Origin: Clostridia bacterium
GTDB taxonomy: Bacteria > Bacillota > Clostridia > Oscillospirales > CAG-272
NCBI GenBank assembly: GCA_017454675.1
Contig: JAFTCN010000066.1
Coordinates: 1,579 to 65,578 of the forward strand
Direction of reading: 5' to 3'
Length of the DNA: 64,000 bases
Numbering within the stretch: position 1 is the stretch's first letter; every line of letters starts with the position of its first letter. Made by a program: the position numbers and the translations under genes. The notes beneath the pieces are model-generated. The model worked only from the letters and a program-made list of their open reading frames with translations. It was not told the DNA's origin and did not search any database. Below, piece after piece: positions 46,629 to 55,072 of this stretch.

Positions 46629-48293
46629 TCATTCTCCAAGCCAGATCCTGGCGCTGTCGATGCCCTCTCCGACGAGTATCAGTCTCGAGCGGCTGTATGC
46701 CTCCGTCAGGGCGGAGAGATATTTGTAGTTGCGGTAGGAGTCGCTGTACCTGCTGTCGGCCTCGACTCCGGCCATGAACTCCGAAACCGAAGCCCTGGCG
46801 TCGGCGACTTTGGTGAAGCCGTCGGCGGTCGCCCTGTTGACGGTCGAGTCGCGCAGAGCCTCGGCATCGGCCACCGTCTTTTTCGCGTAGCCTTCCGCCT
46901 GCAGCATCTTCTTTCCGGCCTCGATGCCGGCAGAGATGAGTTCCTGGTACTTGGCCGCGACGTTGACCGGCGGGTGTATGCTCTCGAGCACCACCGACAC
47001 GATCTCAAGGCCGGTACCGCTGCCTCCGCCTACCGCGACGCCGGGGGCGGCGTATGACTCCGTCTTCTCACGCAGCTGTCTTCCGAAGGTCTCGGAGAAC
47101 TCCTGTCTGTCGATCGACAGCAGCGTTTCGAGGTCGGTCGAGATTATATCTTTCGTGACGAGCTCGTATGCCGAGGCTTCGAGCAGTTTGTCCGGAGACG
47201 AGCAGCACCTGATGTATGAGAGCAGATCGGATATGCGGTATTCTATCCTGAGGTTCACCGAGACCAGTTCGTTCCCTCCGCCGACGAGCAGCTTGAACTC
47301 CTCGCCGCCGTGAGCCTCGGTCCAGATGACGTCGGTCTCGACTTTGCTGATATAACCGACGGTCAGTTCCTTCACCGTTTCGGTCTCGTACTTCTCGACC
47401 TTGTCGAACGGGTAGGGAAGCGTGACGCGCAGCCCGGGCTCTAGGACCCGGTCGGAGAGCCTCCCGAACCGGTACAGCGCCCCTCTCTCGTACGGCTTGA
47501 CTTCGTGGAGCCCGGTGGCGAACCAGAATACGGCGGCGAGCGCGAGGAGCGCTAACGGGACCGTCCTCTTTATCATCCTTATGCTCCACAGGCTTCTCAT
47601 CGTGATGCCGGTGTTCTTTTCGAGATATCCGATCACGCCTATGTCTCCTCTGCCCGAGAAGGGCACCGGGACCGACAGATCTGGACGCGTCCTGTACTCT
47701 CTGCGTATGAGCCTTGCCGCAGCTGCGACGAGAGAGAAGGCCGCGCAATAGAAGAATATGACCGCCATCGCGACGTCGAGCAGCGTCAGCGGGTCGTAGA
47801 ACCCGAGCAGCCGCAGGACGGCGAAGGGCTGGATCAGCAGCGACGCGAGCCTGCCGGCGGCGAAGCCGGACCGCACCGTCGCCGTGAGCGCCGAGTCTGC
47901 CGGGTCATCCGACGGTGTGTGTTTGCACAGTCTGTCGGCCACGAGCAGGATCACAAATATCCCGGCGGTGATGAGGACGGCTGGCCAGGTCATCCGGTAA
48001 AGCGATGTCTTCCTCCGCAGCATAATAACAAAGAAGAAGACGAGGCCTCCCGCGAGTGCTCCGGATACCGAGGCCGCTACGGCCGGGCCGCGCTTTCCTT
48101 CGCCTTCGGGGTCGAGGAATAAAGCCGGGATCACGAAGACCGGTGTCACGAGCAGGACCGCGGCAAGCAGTGCGAACGGAGCGAAGAAGGTAAGAAAGTA
48201 CGGTATCAGGGCAAGGCCGGCGCAGAGTACGGCAGCGGCCGCCCCGAAGAGCGCCGACCTCCTCGAGTGGGAATATTTCAGAGGATTAATCAT
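46629..48293 (-). CDS. Polytopic membrane protein with C-terminal SPFH/Band-7 (HflK-like) domain (paralog 1)
   Basis: About 6-7 hydrophobic helices in the first ~260 aa, then KPYERGALYRFGRL..PGLRVTLPYPFDKV and a coiled-coil tail. ATG 48293 (GGAGG 12 nt upstream) is preferred over TTG 48305. Confidence 0.7.
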   Translation of the reverse strand: MINPLKYSHSRRSALFGAAAAVLCAGLALIPYFLTFFAPFALLAAVLLVTPVFVIPALFLDPEGEGKRGPAVAASVSGALAGGLVFFFVIMLRRKTSLYRMTWPAVLITAGIFVILLVADRLCKHTPSDDPADSALTATVRSGFAAGRLASLLIQPFAVLRLLGFYDPLTLLDVAMAVIFFYCAAFSLVAAAARLIRREYRTRPDLSVPVPFSGRGDIGVIGYLEKNTGITMRSLWSIRMIKRTVPLALLALAAVFWFATGLHEVKPYERGALYRFGRLSDRVLEPGLRVTLPYPFDKVEKYETETVKELTVGYISKVETDVIWTEAHGGEEFKLLVGGGNELVSVNLRIEYRISDLLSYIRCCSSPDKLLEASAYELVTKDIISTDLETLLSIDRQEFSETFGRQLREKTESYAAPGVAVGGGSGTGLEIVSVVLESIHPPVNVAAKYQELISAGIEAGKKMLQAEGYAKKTVADAEALRDSTVNRATADGFTKVADARASVSEFMAGVEADSRYSDSYRNYKYLSALTEAYSRSRLILVGEGIDSARIWLGE

Positions 48294-48301
48294 ATGTTCG
48301 G

Positions 48302-50245
48302 TCAACCTCCGTAACCGGAAATTATGAGCATGTCGGATATGTACATGTCTCCGTCCTCGACTGAGCGGGAAATCAGTTCATCTTTAGCGTATGGGGACAG
48401 GAAGATGAACGGCATGCAGCTGTCGAAACAGCTCGCGTGGAGCTTTTCTATTCCGTCGGGCACTCTGAAGAGACGCAGGTTCTGACAGTTCATAAGGATC
48501 GAGCCGCCGAGCTCGTTAACGCTTCCTGAGCATCCGAAATATCTGAGCGTGTGGCAGTCGGCCACGGCGTATTCCCCGGCAAAGCAAAGGGAGGGCAGCT
48601 CGAACGACTTAAGTCCCTCGCAGTAGCTGAACGCGTACTTTCCTATTTCGACGACCGAAGGTCCGCAAACCAGTCTGAGGTCGGGGCAGAAGGCGAACGC
48701 CTGGTTGCCGACCGACAGGACGTCGCTCCCCAGGTCTGCGAAATACAGCCCCTCCCGCGTCGTGAAGGTGCCGCCGGCGATGTGCTTTATCCCCGACGGG
48801 ATCTTTACCGCGGGCGTCGAACCTGTGTACTTGATAAGGACGGAATCGAAGACGGTCGCGAATTCCTGCGTCATGGCGGCGAGCCAGGGGGTGTCCTCGA
48901 AAGCCATAATTCCGACATTTCTGATCTTTCCGCCGCCGTTCACCGCCGAGAGCGAAGTGCATCCCGCGAACGCGCCGTCGCCGACAGATATGACGGAGTC
49001 GGGAAATTCGACCGAAACAAGCGTGGTGTTCTCGGAAAAAGCGAAGTCGCCGACCGCGGTCACGGGACGGCCGTCGATCTCTGACGGAATTACCGCCGCG
49101 GATGAGGTCCCCGAGTATGCCGTTATCATCGCGCAGCCGTCGGAGTCGGTGACGTAGGTGAAATCTCCGCTCACCGCGGGCTCTCCGGATGTCGCGGAAA
49201 AGACCGCGGACCTGTATCTGCCGGCGTTTCCGGAACCTTCAGACGAAAGATCCGCGGTGCGCTGCGCGGTCTTCGACGAGAAGACGGGAGAGGCTCCCTT
49301 CAGTTCTTCGTTGCCCGGCGCGACGGTGATCCTGCTCCAGGCCGATGTGCTGCCGGCGTAGCCTATCCCGCCGATCGACGAACAGCCGGAGAAGGCCGAG
49401 TCACCGATCTCACGGAGCGATCTCGGGAGCGTGATATCGTACAGTGAGGCACAGTTCCTGAACGCCTGCGCTCCCACTGTTCTGATCTTCGGAGCCGTCA
49501 CGGTTGTGAGTGAGGAGCATTTGGTGAAGCAGCGCTCGGGAATATCCTCGAGTCCGCGCAGCTCGGCATAGACGAGCGAGCCGCAGTCGAAGCAGAGATC
49601 GGCGCCGCACGACCTTACGGATTCGGGCAGGATGAGAAATGTCAGTGAGGAACAGCCGTAGAAGACCGATGCCCCAACGGTCTTCAGTTTCTTCGAGAAG
49701 ACCGCGGATGTAAGCGAAGAGTCGCCCTCGAAGACGGAGTCACCGAGCGCCGTTATGTCCGACAGGTTCTCGCAGTGCGTGAGATTCGGACAATCCGAGA
49801 ACGCGTATGCGCAGAGCTCAGAAGCGTTTTCCAGGTCGGCGAAGGTGAGAGCGGAGCAGCCGGAGAATGCCGATGCCCCTATCTTCTTAACGTTTTTTCC
49901 GATGATCACGGCAAAGAAATCCTGCCTGCCGGAAAAAGCGCCGCCGCCGACCGATACGACCCTGTGTCCGTCGGCTTCGCCGGGGATACGCAGTATGCCG
50001 TCTGCCGGGGCGTCAGAGCCTGTCACTTCGGCGTCGCCGTTCTCGTAAAGGCTGTAAATGAGTCCCTCCGCCGTTCTGTTACCCTCGCTTACGAGCGCGT
50101 ATTCGGGACTGCCGCACCCCGCAAACAGCGGCGCGGCGACGGCAAACAGGAGGAGCAGTACAGTGATACGGCAGGGGAGGAGGAGCTTTGTTCCGTGGAG
50201 GCTGCCGGAAACTGTCAGTCGGTTGTTTTCAAAACGGTCAGTCAT
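48302..50245 (-). CDS. BspA-type leucine-rich-repeat lipoprotein
   Basis: Signal peptide with LFAGC lipobox. Many LRR_5-like units (AFSGCSSLT.., FYGCSSLTFLILPESV, AFRNCASLYDITLP). ATGA overlap with the upstream gene. Confidence 0.8.
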   Translation of the reverse strand: MTDRFENNRLTVSGSLHGTKLLLPCRITVLLLLFAVAAPLFAGCGSPEYALVSEGNRTAEGLIYSLYENGDAEVTGSDAPADGILRIPGEADGHRVVSVGGGAFSGRQDFFAVIIGKNVKKIGASAFSGCSALTFADLENASELCAYAFSDCPNLTHCENLSDITALGDSVFEGDSSLTSAVFSKKLKTVGASVFYGCSSLTFLILPESVRSCGADLCFDCGSLVYAELRGLEDIPERCFTKCSSLTTVTAPKIRTVGAQAFRNCASLYDITLPRSLREIGDSAFSGCSSIGGIGYAGSTSAWSRITVAPGNEELKGASPVFSSKTAQRTADLSSEGSGNAGRYRSAVFSATSGEPAVSGDFTYVTDSDGCAMITAYSGTSSAAVIPSEIDGRPVTAVGDFAFSENTTLVSVEFPDSVISVGDGAFAGCTSLSAVNGGGKIRNVGIMAFEDTPWLAAMTQEFATVFDSVLIKYTGSTPAVKIPSGIKHIAGGTFTTREGLYFADLGSDVLSVGNQAFAFCPDLRLVCGPSVVEIGKYAFSYCEGLKSFELPSLCFAGEYAVADCHTLRYFGCSGSVNELGGSILMNCQNLRLFRVPDGIEKLHASCFDSCMPFIFLSPYAKDELISRSVEDGDMYISDMLIISGYGG

Positions 50246-51273
50246 TGTTCGGTCTGTTCTGTGTGTTCTTTGGGAGCGGCGTCGCCCGTTTCACGTCCGG
50301 ACGCCGGAAGCGGCGGGCGCACAGGTTCGGTCTTGAGCGGGTCGTATTCGTATCTGCCGCAGCAGAATCCGGCGTCGGTCACGCCCTTTCTGTCGCAAAG
50401 GACTTTTCCCCCGGGGACAGATAACTTCTGCGAGCGGACGCAGGTGAGGCAGCACTTTCCGCTGTCGGGAAAGTCCCCGGCTCCCTCCGCGGTCCTCTTT
50501 CCGACTGAGCCGGCCTCGGTACCCTTCGACCGGGCCTTTCCGCCGCGGGGGGCAGTCTCATCCGTCTCGCCGTCCTTCAGCACGGCGGTGAACGAGAGGA
50601 GGAAACCCACGATATACAGAACGAGAAGCAGGATGCTGAAGGCGAACAGCCCCGATTCGGCTGCCGGAGCAAGGAAAGACACCTTTCCCAGCGCGGGAAA
50701 GACCTCGCCCAGCGTATACCGTTTCACGTTTCCCGCAAACAGCGCCGCTACCCACAGGATGTATTCGAGAGCAAAATAGAGGAGCGATGTCACGAGGATC
50801 GCGATCCGGCCCTTTTTCTTCATCGCGCCTTGACTGCAGATCAGCGCGCAGGATCCGAGGTATGCGATCCCCACCCCGCACGCGGCGGTAAGACCGGTAT
50901 ATCCGAAGAATTCGCCGGAGAGGCCTGCGGCTCCGGCTCCGAATGCCGCGAGAGCCGTCCCCAGGTCGGAAAAAAAGAAGACCGACAGGAAGACGAAAAC
51001 GGGCATCGATATGAAATATGTGAGCAGTCTTCGTCTCAAAGGGGCGCGCCTCAGAGGAATGAACAGCACCGCGGCGCAGCACGCGGCGACTGCGACGGTG
51101 ACGATCAGAATGAGAGACGTATAAGTTAGCGACAGCTCCGCGGGAGAGGGGATCCCCCTGGCGGATATGCTGATCCTGAGTTCCGGATGCCGTCCTCCGG
51201 CGGACGGGAATACGCCGCCCGCGCGCCGCAGGATGTGAAAGATCCGGGATATATCCGTATCGACTGGAAACAT
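50242..51273 (-). CDS. Polytopic membrane protein with Cys-rich C-terminal tail
   Basis: 343 aa. About 6 hydrophobic helices, then a soluble tail carrying CC-x2-C-x14-C-x10-CC. A GGAG RBS lies about 9 nt upstream of ATG 51273. First gene behind the consensus promoter. Confidence 0.65.
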   Translation of the reverse strand: MFPVDTDISRIFHILRRAGGVFPSAGGRHPELRISISARGIPSPAELSLTYTSLILIVTVAVAACCAAVLFIPLRRAPLRRRLLTYFISMPVFVFLSVFFFSDLGTALAAFGAGAAGLSGEFFGYTGLTAACGVGIAYLGSCALICSQGAMKKKGRIAILVTSLLYFALEYILWVAALFAGNVKRYTLGEVFPALGKVSFLAPAAESGLFAFSILLLVLYIVGFLLSFTAVLKDGETDETAPRGGKARSKGTEAGSVGKRTAEGAGDFPDSGKCCLTCVRSQKLSVPGGKVLCDRKGVTDAGFCCGRYEYDPLKTEPVRPPLPASGRETGDAAPKEHTEQTEQ

Positions 51274-51326
51274 GCTTCGATCTCCGCAAGAAATGATGAT
51301 ACAAAAATATAGTACCTCTAAATAAT

Positions 51327-51355
51327 ATTATAGTCAAAGAATAAACCCTTGTCAA
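51327..51355 (-). promoter_or_regulatory. Consensus promoter of the six-gene SPFH/LRR/ATPase operon
   Basis: Reverse strand reads TTGACA-17 nt-TATAAT exactly, about 50 nt upstream of ATG 51273. Confidence 0.65.
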
Positions 51356-51429
51356 GATATTTCGCTCCCCGGCAAAGGCTCCCCGGCGGTCATGCCTCCT
51401 GTATCGATTTCCGTATTTTACGATTTATA

Positions 51430-51458
51430 TTGAAGATTGAACGGTTTTATGATAAAAT
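51430..51458 (+). promoter_or_regulatory. Promoter of phoH-ybeY-lgt
   Basis: TTGAAG-17 nt-TAAAAT with an extended -10 TGa. Divergent from the operon promoter above. Confidence 0.5.
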
Positions 51459-51533
51459 ATATCCGGTATCTGACAGCCGCGCGGGAACTGCCGCGCCGCA
51501 GACCGAATTCAGATGCAGGGACGGTCTTAATAT

Positions 51534-52580
51534 ATGGAATCACAGAACGGAAAAGACACGAGATATGTAAAGGTCCCGGACGGCGGAGACGTTGCGCTGA
51601 TCTTCGGAAGCCGGGACGTCTTCATAAAGATGATAGAGGAGACCTTCGGCGTCACGGGGGCCGTCGCGCCGACTGAAGGGGGCGGCGACGGAGCCCTCAT
51701 AGCGATATCGGGGACGGAGCCGGGGAAGGTCGCTGCGGCAGCCGAGACCGTCGGGATCCTTTCGGGCATCGTGGGGAAAAAGGGCGAACTCACCGAACAG
51801 ACGGTCCGTTATGTCGCCGACATGGTGGCGTCGGGAAAGGGCGGCGAGCTCAGCGGATACGATTCCGACTGCATCTGCGTCTCCGCCAGAGGAAGACCGG
51901 TCCACGCGAGGAGCGTAGGACAGAAGAAGTACGTCGAACAGATAAAGAAGAACACCGTCGTGATGGGCATAGGTCCCGCCGGCACCGGGAAGACCTTCCT
52001 TGCCGTAGCCATGGCCGTCAAGGCCCTGCGCGAGCGTCAGGTCAGCCGTATAGTCCTGACGAGACCGGCTATCGAGGCGGGTGAAAAGCTGGGATATCTT
52101 CCCGGCGACCTTCAGAGCAAGATCGATCCCTACCTGAGACCGCTGCACGACGCCCTGGGAGAGCTGATGGGCCCCGAGAACTATCTGCGAGCCACCGAGA
52201 AGGGTACGGTCGAGGTCGCACCGCTCGCTTATATGCGCGGACGCACGCTCGACGATTCGTTCATCATCCTCGACGAGGCGCAGAACGCGACATTCGAGCA
52301 GATGAAGATGTTTCTCACGAGGCTGGGGAACAATTCGAAGGCCGTCGTGACGGGCGACCTGACGCAGACCGATCTCCCACGCGGGCAGAAGAGCGGACTC
52401 GGTTCCGCCGTGACCATACTCCGCGGCATCGACGGGATCGCGGTGCACGAATTCACCGAGGCGGACGTCGTCCGCCACAGGCTGGTGCAGAAGATCATCG
52501 TCGCGTACGACAAATATGAGAAGGAGCAGGCGGCCGAGTTCCAGAAGCACAGGAGCCCGTCGCGCTACCGCAAACTGTGA
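51534..52580 (+). CDS. phoH: PhoH family ATPase
   Basis: GPAGTGKTFLAVA Walker A, ILDEAQN Walker B, and a PhoH-like C-terminus (VTGDLTQTDLP). Confidence 0.9.
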   Translation: MESQNGKDTRYVKVPDGGDVALIFGSRDVFIKMIEETFGVTGAVAPTEGGGDGALIAISGTEPGKVAAAAETVGILSGIVGKKGELTEQTVRYVADMVASGKGGELSGYDSDCICVSARGRPVHARSVGQKKYVEQIKKNTVVMGIGPAGTGKTFLAVAMAVKALRERQVSRIVLTRPAIEAGEKLGYLPGDLQSKIDPYLRPLHDALGELMGPENYLRATEKGTVEVAPLAYMRGRTLDDSFIILDEAQNATFEQMKMFLTRLGNNSKAVVTGDLTQTDLPRGQKSGLGSAVTILRGIDGIAVHEFTEADVVRHRLVQKIIVAYDKYEKEQAAEFQKHRSPSRYRKL

Positions 52581-52706
52581 CCGTGCCGCAGCGGTAAATG
52601 TATCTGCGGAAGACGCCGGCGGACCGAAAAACAGATACTGACGGGAGTCGCGCGTGCCTGACTTGGGACCGTCCCGGCCGTCATCGGGAGAGGAATGGAC
52701 TTGAAT

Positions 52707-53189
52707 ATGGAACTTTATATCGATTTTATGAACAGAACGAGAAAATACGGCAGAGAAGAGATCGATGCCGTAAAGGAACTCGTTAGAAAGGCGCTGACCG
52801 CGGCGCTTGAATATGAAAAGGTGAGCTGGCCCTGCGCCGTATCGGTCACGTTCGTGTCCGACAGGACGATAAAGCGGCTCAACCGCGAATACAGGGGGAA
52901 AGACGCCGCGACCGACGTCCTGTCCTTCCCGCAGGCGGAGGACGGCAGGCTTGACGACACCTTCGACGGCGAACGTTACGAGCTCGGGGACATCGTGATC
53001 TCGCTCGAACGCGCCGCGGCTCAGGCTGACCTCTACGGTCACCCATTCGAGCGCGAAGTCGCCTTCCTGTCGGTACATTCGATGCTCCACCTGCTCGGAT
53101 ACGACCACGAGAGGGGAGAGACCGAGGACACCGACATGCGCCGCCGCCAGCGCGAGATCCTCGCATCAATCGGAGAGGCGGTGAAGTAA
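52707..53189 (+). CDS. ybeY: rRNA maturation endoribonuclease YbeY
   Basis: HSMLHLLGYDH zinc motif. ATG 52707 is preferred because GGGAGAGGA lies 12 nt upstream; ATG 52695 is too close to that RBS. Confidence 0.9.
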   Translation: MELYIDFMNRTRKYGREEIDAVKELVRKALTAALEYEKVSWPCAVSVTFVSDRTIKRLNREYRGKDAATDVLSFPQAEDGRLDDTFDGERYELGDIVISLERAAAQADLYGHPFEREVAFLSVHSMLHLLGYDHERGETEDTDMRRRQREILASIGEAVK

Positions 53190-53968
53190 TGTACCCGCGC
53201 GAGATAATCTTCGGCATGACGCTCTACGACATACTCATGGGAGTCGGTGTCATCGCGGCCATGCTGATCTTCAGGTATTTCTCGGACAGAGAGAAGTTCG
53301 ACGCGAAATATCATAATTTCGTGCTCGGAGTCGCCGTGGTGACCGTGATCGGCGCCTATTTCGGAGCCGTTGCGCTTCAGGCTGTCTGGAATGCCCTGGC
53401 GGGCGGTAAGTTCTCGATCGGCAAAAACACCGGGGCGACCTTCTTCGGGGGCCTGCTCGGCGGCGCCGCCGTCTTTTTTGCAGTCTATTTTCTAGCCGGC
53501 AGATTCGTTTTCAAAGACGGCCTTCACAAAAAGAATATTTATACGCTCGTAAACATCCTCGCCGTCAGCATCCCCGCGGCGCATTCTCTCGGGCGGGTCG
53601 GCTGCCTCACGGCAGGATGCTGCCACGGCGCCGCGACCGACGCCTGGTACGGCATATATATGGTGAACCCGGGATACAGGGTCATACCCGTACAGCTTTA
53701 CGAAGCGGTATTCCTGGCAGTCCTCGCCGCGGTGCTGTTCATACTTTGCAGAAGGGGTTTCCGTTACTGCATGCCGGTGTATATGATATCGTATTCGGTA
53801 TGGCGCTTCTTCGTCGAATTCCTCCGCGGTGACGACAGGGGAAGCTCGTTCATTCCCGCGCTCTCGCCGTCGCAGCTGATATCGGTGCTGCTGTTTCTCG
53901 GCGGTGCGGTGCTGCTTTTCCTCCTTGTCCGCCGCGAAAAGAAGCTGAGTGAGACTTCAGCCGCCTGA
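53189..53968 (+). CDS. lgt: Prolipoprotein diacylglyceryl transferase-like membrane protein
   Basis: Multi-TM protein with GATFFGGLLGG and HSLGRVGCLTAGCCHG blocks resembling Lgt. 1-nt overlap (TAATG) with ybeY. Confidence 0.7.
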   Translation: MYPREIIFGMTLYDILMGVGVIAAMLIFRYFSDREKFDAKYHNFVLGVAVVTVIGAYFGAVALQAVWNALAGGKFSIGKNTGATFFGGLLGGAAVFFAVYFLAGRFVFKDGLHKKNIYTLVNILAVSIPAAHSLGRVGCLTAGCCHGAATDAWYGIYMVNPGYRVIPVQLYEAVFLAVLAAVLFILCRRGFRYCMPVYMISYSVWRFFVEFLRGDDRGSSFIPALSPSQLISVLLFLGGAVLLFLLVRREKKLSETSAA

Positions 53969-53997
53969 CCGCGGAGACCTTTTCCGGAGATCTCAAT

Positions 53998-54945
53998 ATG
54001 TCGCATAATAAAGAAAACAGAATATCGGAAAAGACGCCTTCGGAAGAGACCTTCCGTCCGGAAGCGGCGGATGCTCCGGGGAAAGAGGGTCATATCCCTG
54101 CGAAAACAGAGAGTGCAGCAAAAGCAGGGAGAAAACGGACCGTATTCTTCGTTCTTGTCATCGCGTTCGCTGCTGCGATCGCGGCCCTCGAAATATTCCC
54201 GCCGGCATATTCGGCCGATCCGCTTATTCAGGATATGATGAAGGTCACAGTCACGAGGCTCATCGGAGCCGCTCTGTTCATCCCGATCATGCTGACTAGG
54301 AAGTACAGGATCCTGGGATTCGCAAAGGAAAACAGGGCCTTCGCCCTGCTCGTGACTCTTCCCGCGCTTGCCGTTGTGGTGAACAACCTGCCGGTCATCG
54401 GTCTGATATCTGGAGGTGCGGCGGTAACCCGCAAAGGGCTGTATCTTGCGCTCTACGCCCTTGAATCGATATCGATCGGCCTGTTTGAAGAGGTCGCATT
54501 CAGGGGAGTGCTCTTCATGTCGGTGCTCGAGGACAGGAGGAGCACATCCCGCGAGATCTTCGGCGCGACTCTCGTCACGTCGCTCGTCTTCGGGGCAGTA
54601 CACCTTCTCAACCTGTTCATCGGTGCATCCCCGCTGTCGGTGATGCTTCAGGTGGGGTATTCGTTCCTGATCGGCGGGATGTGCGCCATAGTGCTGCTGC
54701 GGACACATTCGGTATGGATCTGCGTGTTCCTCCATTCGCTCTTTGATTTCAACGGTAATCTGGTGCCGAAACTCGGAGAGGGGAAGATATGGGACGCCGC
54801 CACGGTGGCGATCACAGCGGTGCTTGGCGTCGCCGTGCTCGTATTCATGCTGGCAGTGCTGAAAAATACGCGGCCGTCAGATGTCGCCGGCATTTTCCCC
54901 GACCTCCCGCCGGAGCCGGATGGAGACGGCGGAAAGCCTGAATAA
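53998..54945 (+). CDS. CPBP family intramembrane glutamic endopeptidase (CAAX protease/Abi)
   Basis: EEVAFRG (motif 1), FGAVH (motif 2) and HSLFD (motif 3) set in TM segments. Confidence 0.8.
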   Translation: MSHNKENRISEKTPSEETFRPEAADAPGKEGHIPAKTESAAKAGRKRTVFFVLVIAFAAAIAALEIFPPAYSADPLIQDMMKVTVTRLIGAALFIPIMLTRKYRILGFAKENRAFALLVTLPALAVVVNNLPVIGLISGGAAVTRKGLYLALYALESISIGLFEEVAFRGVLFMSVLEDRRSTSREIFGATLVTSLVFGAVHLLNLFIGASPLSVMLQVGYSFLIGGMCAIVLLRTHSVWICVFLHSLFDFNGNLVPKLGEGKIWDAATVAITAVLGVAVLVFMLAVLKNTRPSDVAGIFPDLPPEPDGDGGKPE

Positions 54946-54974
54946 GATCCTGCAGAAAACATTATATACAGCAA

Positions 54975-55005
54975 ACGCGGCACCCTCCTTTGTCGGGTGC
55001 CGCGT
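54975..55005. terminator. Hairpin between the convergent CPBP and repeat-lipoprotein genes
   Basis: ACGCGGCACCC-9 nt loop-GGGTGCCGCGT, an 11-bp stem. Confidence 0.5.
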
Positions 55006-55072
55006 CATTATAATGCGGTCTTGCTGCGCGGAACGGCGTGTCCTGAGTTCCCGCCGCGGCCTCGCCCGCATC

